From contig JAHRHZ010000070.1 of assembly GCA_024137785.1 (NCBI GenBank), forward strand, positions 13,150,570 to 13,214,569: a DNA stretch of 64,000 nucleotides, given 5' to 3'. Shown here one piece after another: positions 38,943 to 52,733 of the stretch. The translations under genes and the position numbers were made by a program. Positions within the stretch are counted from its first letter, which is position 1, and each line of letters opens with the position of its first letter. The notes under the pieces are model-generated. The model did no database searches. It saw only the letters and a program-made list of their open reading frames with translations, and was not told where the DNA came from. This DNA is from Ginglymostoma cirratum. Its lineage: Eukaryota.

Positions 38943-41069
38943 CTATGAACAGTTAAAAGAAAAAAAAGAAGTTAAAAATCTGAAGCTGAAGGAACTGGAC
39001 AGACACCGAGGAGTGAGTGTGCAACGAATAGCTACAGCACCACCTAGCGTCAACACTAGCACATATACATCACATAATGGTTCAGAATGTGATATCCTTG
39101 GTTTTAAGCTATGCAAACAAAACAAATAACTTCTATTATGTTTATTTGAGGTCACAGAACTGTCTAAGCTCTAACAGAAGGCACTCTGTTCAATTCACAC
39201 TTAAGGTCTGCCAAACACATGTAAATGCTGAATTCAAAGGAAGAAGGTGGGGTGATAAGCCTGAGATAAAAAATCCCTTCACGAATTGTCTCCCCATTGC
39301 TCCCTAAATAGGATATATTCCACAGAAATAGGTCATTAAGTTCAAGCAATCTAAAACAGAGCATATGTTCTACTTAAATCTCCTTCTATCCTTCTGTGTC
39401 TATATCTTCATAGCATCCATATCCCCTTTACCTCTTATGTTTGTTTAACATGTCTTAAATGCTTCAAAATGATTCACTTTAATCACTTGCTGTGATAGTA
39501 ATTACCATAATCTCACTGCTTTTGGTAAAGAAATTGCTTCTGAATCTCATATTTGACTTCTTGGTGACCATCCCATTGGTTAGCTCTAGTTATGGTTGTA
39601 TCTTTAAGTGGTTTCCTTAGCAGAGACTTATTACTCTTGTACTGGATTGGTAGGAGCAGAATTTCAATTCAGTTGAAACTCTCAAACAAATTTACCAAAA
39701 AAACTCCACCCATCCTTAGTCTAGCTTGCTGCTGCCTAGAAATTTCATGGTTGCTGGTCAGATACTGTCATCCTGGTCTTTGGTTTCTTACTATTGCCCC
39801 CTTCCCACAACATCAAATTCCACATACTAAGAATTAAAGTGCACATTAGGTTGTTTCAAGAGTATTAAATTGAAACAACTATTAAAAAATCACGAGATTA
39901 AAAGCCGAAGAGTCTGCATAATTTACACATGGTGTGACAATCTTTCCAGATCACATGATGGCATAACCTTCTGGAGATTGAGACTCTATACATGCCTGTT
40001 GTCAATTTGTTTGTATATTGGTTGTTGTTATGATGGTCTTTCACACCATTAACCGAGTGTATCTTTGTTTCCTATGCACAGTTGAAGTACTGTCCAGTTC
40101 CCGGAGTTGGCTTCTGTTTCTCCCCAACATGGCTGCATTTGGAGTTGTGACTTTGTAGAATCTAGGCTCACCACACACTTTGGATACTTCTGCAGATAAT
40201 CTGATTCCCTGGCTAGGATGCATGACACTGACCTTCTGTCTTGTGTATAGATTAGGCATTTTCACACATTGGTCATGAACCAATTTACTTCTCCCTTGCT
40301 TTTTTGTGAAATTTGTACTGTATTTCTGAGAACTTGAACAGATGACGGCTTGGCAGCGTTGTCCTAATTTGCCTTCCAAACAAATTGCTGCTTGTGACAA
40401 TACGCCCATATTCACTGGTGTAGCACAGTAATATGAAGTCCCTATTTACTCACCCTGAACGTTATGGTGAGTGCTTTAACAATGTGGACTATTTGTTAGA
40501 TCTGAAATAGTGTGGTGTGGTTACTACATTGAATATGTTCCATTTGACAGACCTGAGCTGAAAAGGTGTGCTGGAGGTAATATTTTTAAACAGCCTATTC
40601 TGATAATGCTATGACATATCTCTGGAACAGGTGGAACTTGAACCTGGATGTCCTGCCACACAGAGAGGTAGCGACACTGTCACTGCTGCACAATAGCCCT
40701 AATATGTGACTGTATATTGTGGCTCAATGTCAGATATGATCCACTCATCAGGTGTTAATGAACAGTCTGAATGTTGCACTCTTGGACAGAATCTTACTTA
40801 AGGGTAGAGTCAGGCCTAAAAGCAAGAAGTACTTCTGCTTCTGGGCAGATTGGGTTTTGTCAGGCAATTACACTCTTTTCAGCTCTTTGTATTTGCGAGC
40901 ATGGGTAATCCATCACATTTAATAGGCAGACAGGAAATTCTGCCCCCACCACGACTTCCCAGGCTCCAATTTCCAGACACCATATTTATCAGGTACCCAG
41001 ACAGCATTTCATTCTCTGCAACCCAGGGGCATAACTCAATTCTTGCTCATCACCAATAACCATCTCCGG

Positions 41070-41312
41070 AGATGGCACAGACCATGCAAATTGTGCCACT
41101 GTGCTTTAGTGATCCTCCTTCCAGATTCTCCTGAAGGTTGTCCAGGAGAGAAGGGAAGTGTTGCTCCACATGAATTGTAACAAGAGGCCACCATGACTGA
41201 CAAAGGCATCCTGGACAGAACTAGCTGTGGAAGTCAGTGCCCTTGGGTGGCCTAAGACAACCTGGCTCCAGTGTTGAAAGGGATGAATGATCAGTTATAC
41301 TTCACCAGGGTA
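41070..41312 (+). mobile_element. PIF/Harbinger transposon Myb/SANT-like gene remnant
   Basis: Hand translation: FSD../FQILLKVVQERREVLL...KRPP*LTKASWTELAVEVSALGWPKTTWLQC*K/MND, then a GT donor. Fits the NAIF1/MSANTD-type Myb domain of Harbinger elements. Confidence 0.6.
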
Positions 41313-41983
41313 GGTACCATTGTCCACACAGTACTTCATGCCCATATGTGTGTGAACAGCATTGTAAGGTTGCCAGTGCAAAGTACTGTACAAGAGCCTG
41401 GTGCCAGGCATCACTATCAAATGCCTCATGTGCAATCAGTGTCTATCACTTCATTGCAGCTGCTGATGTACCACTACTTGAAACACAGTGCTACTGCCCC
41501 TCTCACATCTGCAAGAGTTCACACTTCAAACATAAAAGGAGCTGCAACACTCAGTAGCTCATGCACCACCAGCTCACATCTCTTTCCAAAGGTTTGCACA
41601 GAATTAGGACACTAGCTCAAAATAAGCTTCAGGTTGAACATCGCACAGATATCTCAGGCATATACAGAATGATTCTTTATTGCTTTGTTTCAGCTCCTGC
41701 GCTATGACAACAGTGAACCACCTTTCATTCAGAATGCTTTAAATCCTAACATCTCCCACACCACATTCTTAACAATGACACACGTGGCCAAATGCACCTC
41801 TGGACACAGACATCTCCATCTGTATCTATTAATATAAGCATAGTGCTCATCTCCCCATGTTAATGTCCCTTAATGGGTCTCTACTTCTCCAGAAGAACAT
41901 GAACAATTAGTGCAAATGGGCACAGACTGTGGGAATGAGATGTCCGGCATAAGCTTCCTCTTCCACTTCGAGGACCGAGTCAC

Positions 41984-42068
41984 TTCACCTGATGAAGGAG
42001 CAGCATTCAGAAAGCTTGTGATTTCAAATAAACCTGTTGGACTCTAACTTGGTGTCGTGTGACTTCTG
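41984..42068 (+). mobile_element. Penelope-like terminal fragment with degenerate hammerhead
   Basis: tcac CTGATGA aggagcagcattca GAAA gctt gtga...aaataaacctgttggact. Stem I TCAC/GTGA and palindromic stem III AGCT remain; stem II is damaged. Confidence 0.65.
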
Positions 42069-42639
42069 GTTTTAACTGAAACCTTGTGAGCGGTGGCACC
42101 TCCACAATAACAATAAATCTTCATTTTCTCATGCAGGCTCCGAATCCCTCACCCAAGCCAGAACAAAAATAAAGCCCAGGCATCTCCACTAGCCCCTCAC
42201 ACCATGTCTCTGAGGAGGTATGACCCCAAATTGCTGAGACTGCACTTTCAAGGCCATCCTCCCCACTCCCCACCATTCACCTTGGTGGGTGGGACTCTCG
42301 CATTCTGAGGACTGGCCCCATTAAAACAGACCCTCATTAAGTCCGTTACAGCTGACGAGCCACTGGACTTTACCAGTAAAGAGGTGACACGGATGCATAG
42401 GCAACAGGGGAATGTCTGGCAGAGGTGCCAGAGACCATGCGCCTACTGGAGTAAAGGGCAGGGGAGACTGTCCATGTTCTATCCGATGTTATGGCTCCAT
42501 GGCTCCATGGCTCCACTAGATGAGCGCATGGCTGCCCCCGTGGAAGTGCTGGTGGATGTCTTGGAAAGCGAGGTCGTACAGAACCATCACTATCTGCTGA
42601 ACATGTGTGGCAACCTTCAGGAGCCTCATCATGATCAAG

Positions 42640-45600
42640 GGTTGAGAACAATGTGTGGAATCTGTTTGGGTGAAACTAAGAAACAGCTAGGGGAAGCAGA
42701 CATTGGTTGGAATTATTTATCAGACACCTACCAATGGTGGTAGTGTGGGGCATAGTATAGATCAGGAAATGAGAGAAGCATGTGGGGAGGGGAACACAGT
42801 TATCATGGGTGACTTCAATCTGCATGTCAACCAACTGAGCATGAAAGCTGTGGAAGAAAATTTTCTGGACTATCTCAAGGATGGTTTTCCAAAGCAGCAT
42901 CTTGTAGAACCAACGAGAGGATAGGCTATTATGGATTTTATACGATTTACGAAAAAGAAATAAGAAATGGGTCTTCTTGTTAAAGAATCTTTAGGGATGC
43001 GTGACCCTAATACGATAAGACTTTTACATTATGTTTGAAAGTGAGGTAGTTCAATCTGAAGCAAGGGTGTTAGAATTTGAATAAGGGCAATTATGAAAGC
43101 CTGAGGTGCAAGTTGGCTGAGCTTGATTGGCAGAATACGTGTAAAGGCATGACTGTACATAGGCAATGGTCAGTCTTTGAAGAATTATTACATGTTTTAC
43201 AGCAGTTGTACATTCCTTCAAGGTGCAAACCTCAAGAAAGTACAGTCGACCATAGCTGACAAAGAAAATTAACAATAGTATAAGGTTAATAGAAAAGGCT
43301 TATGAAGTGACCACAAACAGTAATTAATTTGAAGGTTGAGAAGTTTTTAGAATATTGCAAAGGAGGGCCAAGAAATGGATTAGGAAAGAAAGAACAGAAT
43401 ACAAAAACAATCTAGTAGAAAATGAAAACAGAATGTAACAGCTGTATAGGTATATAAAAAGGAAATATTTGGCCATCACAAATGTGAATCTACTAAAAAA
43501 AAGGACAATTTATAGTGGGGAATAGAGAAATGGCAGAGGCACTAAATTATTATTTCCTGTCAATTTCACCGAGGAAGAAAAAATAAATCCCCCAGAATTA
43601 GAAATCCGAGTGACTAGGCTGAATAAGGAGTTGAAGAGAATTAGTAAAAAGATTGTGCTGGAGAAATTAATAGGACTGAAAGTTGAGAAGTCTATATCCC
43701 AGAGTTTGAAGGAGGTGGCGATAGAGATTGTTGATGCATTGGTGATCATCTTCCAAATTCCATAGATTCTGGAGTGATTCCTGCAGGTTAGAAGGTAGCA
43801 ACTATCACTCCACTACTTAAGAGAGGAGCAAGGGAATAACAGGGAACTACAGACTCATCAGCCTTACTTCAGTATGAGGTAAAATATAAAGGAAACAATT
43901 CAGGGACACTTGTACAATACAAATCTGATTGAGCATTGAGAACATGGATTTGCAGATGTAAAATCTTGTTTAACATGGAGTTTCCTGAGAATGTTATTAT
44001 CAAAATTAACAAAGAAGAGTTTATTAGTTTATCTGAATTTACTGAAGGCATTTAGAAAAGGTCACGCACAAGAAGTCGATTAGTAAAATTAAAGCACATG
44101 GTATACGAGATAAAGTACTGGCATGGATTAAGAATTGGCTGACAGACAGGAATAAATGGGTCATTCTTGCATTGGCAGACTGTGATAAGCACCAAAGGGG
44201 GCCCGATTGTTAACAACATATATCAAATATTTGGACATAGCAACATTTGCAGATGAAATAAAGCTAAGCAGGAAAGTGTGTCGTGAGGAATACGTGAAAT
44301 GTTTTCAGGAGGATTTAGACAGACTTAGTTTGATTGGACAAGAACATGATTAAACAGATACAATCCAACAAATAAGAAAAATTCCAAAGTACGGACCTAT
44401 CATCCATGGTTAACTAGAAATATGAAAGCTAGTAACAAACTGAAGAAAAATCATATAAATTGCGCAAAGATAATTGGCATATCACACAATTGGACAGAAC
44501 ATAAGAAGCAGTAAAGAATAAACAAAAAGGTTAATAAACAGGGATAATTAGAAAGAAAGGACTAGCCAGGAATATAAAAGCAGATCATAAAAGTTTCTAT
44601 ACATATTTAGTGGGAGTTAACAAAGTCAGCATTGGTCCTAAATAAAAAGTAAGATTGATAAATAAGGAAATGACAGGTGAATTGAACAGGTATTTTGTAT
44701 CATTCTTCGTTATAGAGGATACAGGTGACAGCAATACATCAGAAAATGGAAAGGAGGGAAGAGAACCTCCTCATGGTCTGTTGCTGGGTCCAGCCAGGTT
44801 AGTAACAAGTCCAGGTATTGGGCTATGGAGGGATCATAGCTGCTGACTGTCTGCCCCTCTTCTGTGGCTACGTTGATACCTGGGTGTCCTTGGAGAGGGA
44901 GCAACAAGGTGTCCACCAATACTCCCGATGCCTTTAAAGAGAAATTGGCATCACAGCGGGTGGACTGTTTTATATCCACTTCCCATTCCATTTTGATTTA
45001 GCCTTTTCCCTGACCTTTCATGGTTTGCATTGCCCTTAACAGGCTTGCACATAAATTACTCAATTGGAAACACGGGGTGATTTACAAGTGGTGGTTAATA
45101 GATGACTCAGTAATGGGAAAAAAAGTTCAGTTGTGTTTAACAGCATCTATAGATATAAAAAGGGAAGGAATGACTCAGGAAAATAACAATCATCAGAGAA
45201 GTAACAATGAGTAAATTGTTGGAACTTCAAGCTGACAAATTCCTAGAGACATCATGAGGTCCTAGGGTCTTAAAAGAAGCGGCGAGTGAAATAATGCATT
45301 GGTTTTAATTTTCAAAAACTTACTTAATTCAGGATTGGTCCTATTACATTAGGAGAGCATGAATGTAACTCCATTATTTAAAAAGGGAGGGATATAGTAA
45401 GCATTGTAATAGGAAAATTGTTAGAAACTATTTTTGAAGAAGTTATAGTAAGGCGCTTATATAAGTTCAAGGTAATCAGGCACAGTTAACATATTTTGGT
45501 GAAATTGAAATTGCGTTTGACCTACCGACTGGAGTTCTTTGAAGAGGTAACACATATTATAGATAAAGGAAAACCAGCAGATCTGCTGCATTTAGATTTT

Positions 45601-45760
45601 AGGAAGACATTTTAGGAAGATGTCACATCCACGGTTAATGCAGAGAATTAAAGCTCACGGTGCAGGAGGTAGCATTTTGGCATGGATAGAAGATTGGCTA
45701 CCTAACAGGAAGCAGAGAACAGATATAAATGGTTTGTTTTTCGGGTTGGCAAGATGGGTG
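42640..45760 (+). mobile_element. Two stacked degenerate CR1 LINE ORF2 segments
   Basis: EN motifs VGIIY.../VIMGDFNL, then RT remnants (GNYRLISLTS, WIKNWLTDR, TFADE). A second copy restarts near 44346 (LLHLDF, WIEDWLPNRKQR). Confidence 0.8.
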
Positions 45761-45884
45761 ATCATAAGAAATAAAAAGGGGAAGGAAACGCTTGTCTCCC
45801 TAACAGTAGCTATGTGTTGGGACAGAGAATGAATCAGGAGATAATGAGGATATGTGACAAAAGGCAGTACAGTAATCATCTTTT

Positions 45885-46615
45885 CTTTAATTCAATTGTG
45901 GGATGTGGGCATCACTAGCTGAGTCAGCACTTATTGCCTGTCCCTAGTTGCCCGCGAGGTGTGGTGGTGAGCTACTTTCTTGAACCATTGCAGTCCATGT
46001 TTGTAGGTAGACCCATAATGCTTTTGTAAGGGAATTCCAGGATTTTGACCCAGAGACAGCGAAGGAATGGCAATACATTGGAAGGTAATATATAATAATA
46101 ATGGAGTGGAACTTGCAATTGGCGGTGTTCCCATGTAGTGCTTCCCTTGTCCTTCTGGAAAGAAGGAAATAATCATCTAAGTGAAAGGTGCTGAGTAAGG
46201 ATCTTTGATCAATTTCTGCACTGCATCTCATGCATACTACATACTGCTGTTATTGAGCGTCCGTGGTGGAGTGAATGAATCTTTGTGGATACCGGGTGCC
46301 AATCAAGTGGGATAATTTGTCCCACATGGTATCAAACGTCTTGAGTGTTACTGAAGCTGCACATAACCAGGCAAGTGAGGATCATTCCATGACAATGCTG
46401 ACTTGTGCCTTGAAGATGATAGCCAAGCTCTGGGGAGTTACGAGGTGAGTTACTTGACATTAATGCCACTGAACATAAATGGGTAATGATTAGATTGTCT
46501 ATTACTGGACATGGTAATTGCCTAGCATTTGTGGGGCATGAATGTTGCTTAGTACTTTTTAGCCCAAGCCTGGATACAGTGTACAACTTGTTGCGTTTGG
46601 ACATGGACTGCTTTG
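45885..46615 (-). mobile_element. L2/CR1-group LINE 3' fragment inserted in a CR1
   Basis: Minus-strand SFAVSGSKSWNSL motif and tail caactagggacaggcaataagtgc...cccacatccca, shared with the DeuSINE tail; interrupts a CR1 EN motif (TVI.../FNLHVD). Confidence 0.75.
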
Positions 46616-46619
46616 AAAG

Positions 46620-48130
46620 TGCTTTAATCTTCATGTAGATTACGATAGTCAGGTTGGCCAAGACGACTGTGATGGAGATTTCATAGTGTATTCAGGACAG
46701 TTTCATAGAACATTACATTGTGCATCCATCCAGGGATCCAGGAATCAGGCTATTTTAGATGTGGCGATGTGAAATGAGACAGGTTTAATAAATCATGTCA
46801 GTGTAAAAGATCCCACAAGGAAACAGTGACCATAACATGATAACATTTGGCACTCAATTTGAGAGGGAGGAACCTGGGTCAGAAACAACTCTCCTAAGCT
46901 TAAATAAGTGCACTTGTAAAGGAATGAGGTCAAAACTAGCTAAAGTGGATTGGGCAAGGAGGTCAGTAGCAAAGAAGGTTGAGAAACAATTTACAACAAT
47001 AATTCATGGCTAACAGCAAGGATATATCCCACTCAGGAACAGGGATTCTAGGAAAGGGGAAAGCCAACCATGGATAACCAGAGAAGTTATGGATAGCTTC
47101 AATTTGAAAGAAAAAGCAGACAATGTGGCAAAGATTAATGGCAAGCCAGAGGATTGACAAAGTCTTAAAATCCAACAAAAGACAACTGAGAAAAATAAAG
47201 AGGGAGAAAATAAACTTTGAGGTAAACATGCAACTAATATCAGACCGACAGCAAGAGCCTCTTTAAACTTAAAAAAAAGGGAGAGAGAAAAGAAAGCAAA
47301 CATAGGCCCCTGAGAGAATGAGGCTGGGGAAATAATATTGGGGAACGAAGAAATGACAGAGGACTTGAATAAATACTTTGCATCAGTCTTCACAATAGAA
47401 GATACTAACAGCATTCGAAAGTTATTAAATAAGCAAGGGGCAAAAGGTGGAGAGCAAATAACTATCGCTAGAAACAAAATTGCTTGGGAAATTAATGGGG
47501 AGAAAGACTGATCAGTCCCCTTATCTGGTGGGAGACATCTTGGTATATTAAAGAGTGTAGCGACAGAGATAGTGGTTGCAGTGGTAGTAATAATCTTGCA
47601 GATTTTGGAAATGTCTCAGAGGAATGGAAAACTGCCAATGTAACATCCTTAAGGGAAGAGAATGAAAACAAGTAACTGAGGGCCAATTAGCTTAACATCT
47701 GTTATTGGAAAAATATCAGGGCAATTCTAAATACCTATTACGATCAAGCAGAGTCAGCATGTCCTCATGAAAGGGAAAGCAAGAGTTTATCGGACACGTT
47801 GGTTCTGGGAATAGAGGGATTTTCTTATGAGGAGAGGATAAGTATGTTGGGCATGTAGTCACTGGAGGTTAGAAGAATGAGAGGAAACCTTATTAAACAG
47901 GTAAGAATATGAGGGGTCCTAATAGAGTAGATGCAGAGAAATCGTTTTAAATTAGAAATGAGGAGGTTTCTTTTTCCTCTCTCAGAAGGTAGTCAAATTG
48001 GAATTCTTTACGGAAGAGGGCTGTCACTAAGCATACTCCAGGCTCAGATATACTGATCCTTAGATCAGTGAGGGAATCAAGAGATATAGGAAAAAGACAA
48101 GGAAGTAAAGATGAGGATTATAAGATTAGC
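46620..48130 (+). mobile_element. Internally deleted CR1 LINE ORF2
   Basis: Remnants of AILD, SDHNMI, PWITRE, LNKYFASVFT and EWKTANVT, followed by a CR1 3' end. Confidence 0.8.
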
Positions 48131-49060
48131 AATTCCTTGGAATCAAGGAGGCTGACATGTGAACTAATTAATGTGTTTAAAGGAAAACAAAGAATTGATA
48201 GAAAGTGATTTATGAAATATCCAGAACGAAGGGACAGCATCTGGACTAGTTAAAAGGAAATCCAGGAAAAGCCTAACACAAAGGGTTGAGAGATTTGTGT
48301 CACTGTCCTGTAGAACCTCCAATTCAAAGTCAACCGGGTGTTTTAAAGGGAGATGGGTGTGTAAATGGAATTAAGGATTTTGGTGAAATAGACGTTAAAA
48401 TGATACATCTGTTACGACAAATAAAATTAGAGCAGCACATTCCTGGGGCTGATTGGACTTTTCTTGTAGCAGTTAGCAATGGACTATGACATATGATAAT
48501 AATATTATTTCTGTCATTGCTTCATTGTAGCTGTATCATACAATACTTATACCTACCTTAATACTAGCACAGCTTGAGCTTCCAACATTCAATAAATGAA
48601 CATTAACCCCACAAAATAAATAAAGGTGCATTCAGATACTAATTTCAACACTGCTCAAAACTTCAAATGGTCAGAAAACAGCTGGAAACTGTTTACAATA
48701 TTACTACAGCCCTAAAATACAACTGCTGCTTTATAAACATTTGCAACCAGCCATCTCTGTCAGCACAATGTCACAAGTTGATGTTCGTTTGGCCATAGAT
48801 CCAGGCCTATCAATGAATTTTAATGCTAAACACTAATGGCAGCAGGTGCCAAGCAAAATTCTGGGCAACACAATGCAGATTAACAGTTATTTACTCATTG
48901 CAGATTGTAGCATTAGGCTGGATGTGGAATGCAATTTTTGCAATATAGAAATTCAAGCATAAAAGCTATTAAGATATTAATTAGCATTTTAACACTTGAT
49001 GGCAATTGACCTCTTGAAGAAGTTGTTGACACATATGATGGTTGACAGTGAAAAGTATCA

Positions 49061-49228
<168 letters not shown>

Positions 49229-49349
49229 TTAGTCATTTAAGTGGTCCTGGAATATCTGAAATACGTAACTTCAGGATCAGTTGTGAATTATCAGAAGTTA
49301 AATATTAAAACAAAAACAGAAAGTACATGAAATGCAAAGCAGGTTAGTC

Positions 49350-50175
49350 AATCTCAGATACTGAAGTCTGTGTTCATATGCAGCAAGACCTGGGCAACAA
49401 CCAAGCTTGCACTGAAAATGGCAAGTAACATTTGCACCACACAAGAGCCAGGCAATGACCATCTCCAACGAGACGGAATCTAACTATAGTTCTTTGATGG
49501 TTAATGATACTACCCACCGCTGAATCCACCACAATTAACATCCTGGGTGTTGCCATTGACCAGAAATTGAACTGGACCTGCCATTTTAACACTGTGGCTA
49601 CACAGCAGGTCAAAGGCTAGAATTCTGCACCGAGTAATTCACCTTCCGTTTCCTCCAGCGCTTGAACATGGCAGAAGTCAAGAATGGAACAAAATAAACT
49701 CATCCAAGCAAATGAAGTATAACTCCAATATGACTGAAGAAACTTAACATCATATAGGAAAAAGCATCCTTCTTTTTGGCACTACACCCACCACTTTCAA
49801 CATTCACCCCCTTCACCACCAGCACAGAACAGCTTCAGTGTGTACCATCTAAAAAATACACTGCAGTAGCTCACCAAAGCTCCTTCAACAGCACCTTCCA
49901 AACCCCCCGACCTCTAACACCTGACAGAACAATGTCAGTAGATGTATGGAAACACTACCACCTGCATGGTCCCCAAGTAACACAGCATCTTGTACAATTA
50001 CATTGCCTCTCCTTCACTCTCACTGGGTTAAATCCTGGAATTCCCTTCTTAACATCACTGGAGTGTCCATATATCCCAAGCACTACAGTGGTTCAAGAAG
50101 GCAGCTTGCTACCAGCTTCTCCAGGCCAGTTAGGGACGGACAATAAGTGCTGGCCTAGTCAGTGACACCCACAAC
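49350..50175 (+). mobile_element. L2/CR1-group LINE 3' fragment
   Basis: INILGVAIDQKLNW..HFNTVA and KSWNSL remnants; tail cagttagggacggacaataagtgctggcctagtcagtgacacccaca. Homologous to 45885-46615 and 62940-64000. Confidence 0.75.
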
Positions 50176-51200
50176 TCAAACAACGTCTTTCAAAACAAAA
50201 AGGTACTTACTACTGCTCAGAGAGCTGTATCAGTAAATTCTGAGACAGTTATCTGAATTCATCTCCCATAACCTTTTCAAATGGGTAATATTGTATCACA
50301 GAAATGAGAAATAGGGAAAAACTTATTGAACGGAAAACCCATACTTGCTACCAGGAAATTAAAAAGAATATTTGTCTTTATCAATAAACGTTATGTTTTG
50401 AAATTGCACAATATTCCTTACAATTACAAGGTAGTAGGAGAGTGGCACTTTACAATGTAATTTATACATTTAGTAGCAGGCATTTGTAGCAAGATTAAAA
50501 ATAGTTTCTGAAGTATTCTTTGAATGATAGCATTCCGCTTCTCACCTGCTGGTGAACTGAATATATAACACCCAAATATACATGCATGAACTCCTCAGGC
50601 ATGTAAACATACATAAATACAGACATAGTACTGGCATGGATATGCTGAGCTAAATGGACTTTTTATGTGCTGCATATATGTACATATAGGTAAGCACACA
50701 CGTACATGGACACACACATTAGTGTATATATCTCAATAAATCTTCCATCTGCTTACACTTCCTGACTAAAACCAAAAACAGGCCAACAGGAAATAAAATT
50801 TGCAGACTAGAGAGAACACAGACATAAGAATTCTCATATATTATGGGTCAAGACAAAACTTATAGCTTTAACGGGGAGGATTGAATTATGTTCTGATCCT
50901 ATTACCCTGCCCTTCAACTCCACTCTATCTGATGACCACACGGGGTTTCATCTCCCCATGTGCTTTACATGACATATATTCAAACAGATGTGGTTTGACA
51001 GCCTCAGCAACAACTAACAAACTATAATTTACTTAATATAACGCCAAGAATTTACCAGAAAAATGTCTCCACATGCGCTCTGGATTTCTTTTAAAATAAA
51101 ACAGCTGACAAATTTAGCAGAAAGGAGATTAGCATATTTATTTAGGTGGGCTGGTCATACCATCACGTCCAAGCCCCTTTTTAAGGCACAGTTTGTGTGG

Positions 51201-51875
51201 AGCCATCATTAGAGCTCATCTTCACCATTTAAATCCTTTTTAGGATTACAAAAGCTTTTAGCCATTCAAGCTATCAACATTTACATTCTGCAAGTTCATG
51301 AACACTGCTATTCACCAGCTGAAGAAAGACAATATTTGTAGATGGGGTGATCATAAAGCATTTAGTCATACTGAGGAACTTGAAATGATGAATGCAAAAT
51401 TCCATACAGTACAATTTTTGATTCAGGCTAGTGAAGTACACATTCTTTAACCTATATTACAATTAGGTGTATTAAAAACACTTAAGGGATAATGTAACAA
51501 TTAGAATAAATAACAATCAAGCTATACTTTATGAAGTTTTTTTTTAATTTCATCGCATTGTAAGTGCATGACAATTCTTATCAATTCTTGTTGATGGGAG
51601 AACATGTTTAAATGGATTTTCCACTTTCAATCAGAGCAACTAAAGATGACCCCTGGATTAATCCGGAGCATGTTCAGACATCTGTGCACAGCTAGGATTT
51701 CAACAAGGTCTCAAACTGGCTTGAAAAATCCCCATTTTGCTCTTGATCAAATAATAACAATTTTAAAGACAGAGTTCATATATAGCCATCATTGGAGCTC
51801 ACCTTCACCATTTAAATCCTTTCAGGATTACAAAAGCTTTTAGTTATTCAAATTATCGACACTTACAATCCTGCA
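51201..51875. repeat. Local direct duplication of ~92 bp (51201-51292 and 51784-51875)
   Basis: Both copies contain agccatcatt.gagctca.cttcaccatttaaatccttt..aggattacaaaagcttttag..attcaa..tatc.aca.ttaca.t.ctgca. Confidence 0.85.
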
Positions 51876-52270
51876 CTGCACCAATATAACATCTAGCCGG
51901 GAGCAAAACGGACCATCGTGAAACTCAATACGATGTAATTTTCTTTTGCCTGCAAAGTAAATTTTTACTCCGACCCGTTCTGCAAGATAGCAAGATGGAA
52001 ATACATGCCTACCGTGGGCGCTAATTGCTTCCAACATAATCACAGACCAAGTGAATAAATGAAATGGACACTTGCTTCGTATTGACCATAGCTGCATTAA
52101 GATATTTCCATCACAGATATAACACTTCAAAATATTATGTGCAAAGCTTGGAAATGTTAAAGCACATTGCACCAATCATATTCAGGAAACACAATCTAAT
52201 TACTTGCAAAACTTGAATTTTGCATCACAAACTGGGTAACACAGCTGCAACTAAGCTGAAAATTATTCAG

Positions 52271-52667
52271 AGAGTCACAGAGTTCTACAGCATGGAAACA
52301 GACTATTCACACCAACTCATCCATGCCAACCAGACATTCCAATCTGACCTAGTCCCATTTGCCAACATTTGGCCCATATCTCTCTAAACTCTTCCTATTC
52401 ATATATCCATCCAGGTACCTTTTAACTGTACTCACCTGTTCCACTTTCTCTGGCAGCTTGTATCATACACACACCACCCTCTGCATGAAAATGTTACCCC
52501 TCAGGTCCTTTTTAAATCTTACTCCTCTCACCCTACCCTATGCCCTCTAATTTTGGACTCCCCACCCTAGGAAAAAGATCTTTGCTATGCATCGTATCCA
52601 TGCCCCTCATGATTTCATAAACCTCCACGAGGTCACCCCTCAGCCTCCAACACTCCAGGGAAGAAAG
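52271..52667 (-). mobile_element. CR1 LINE 3' end
   Basis: Reverse complement of a typical CR1 3' end (plus strand agagtcacagagttctacagcatggaaacag...ggtcacccctcagcctcc). Confidence 0.8.
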
Positions 52668-52733
52668 CAATGTTTATGACATCGTTACGTGATTTATTCC
52701 CACATACTAATTCTACTGCATGCTAAAAAGCTA

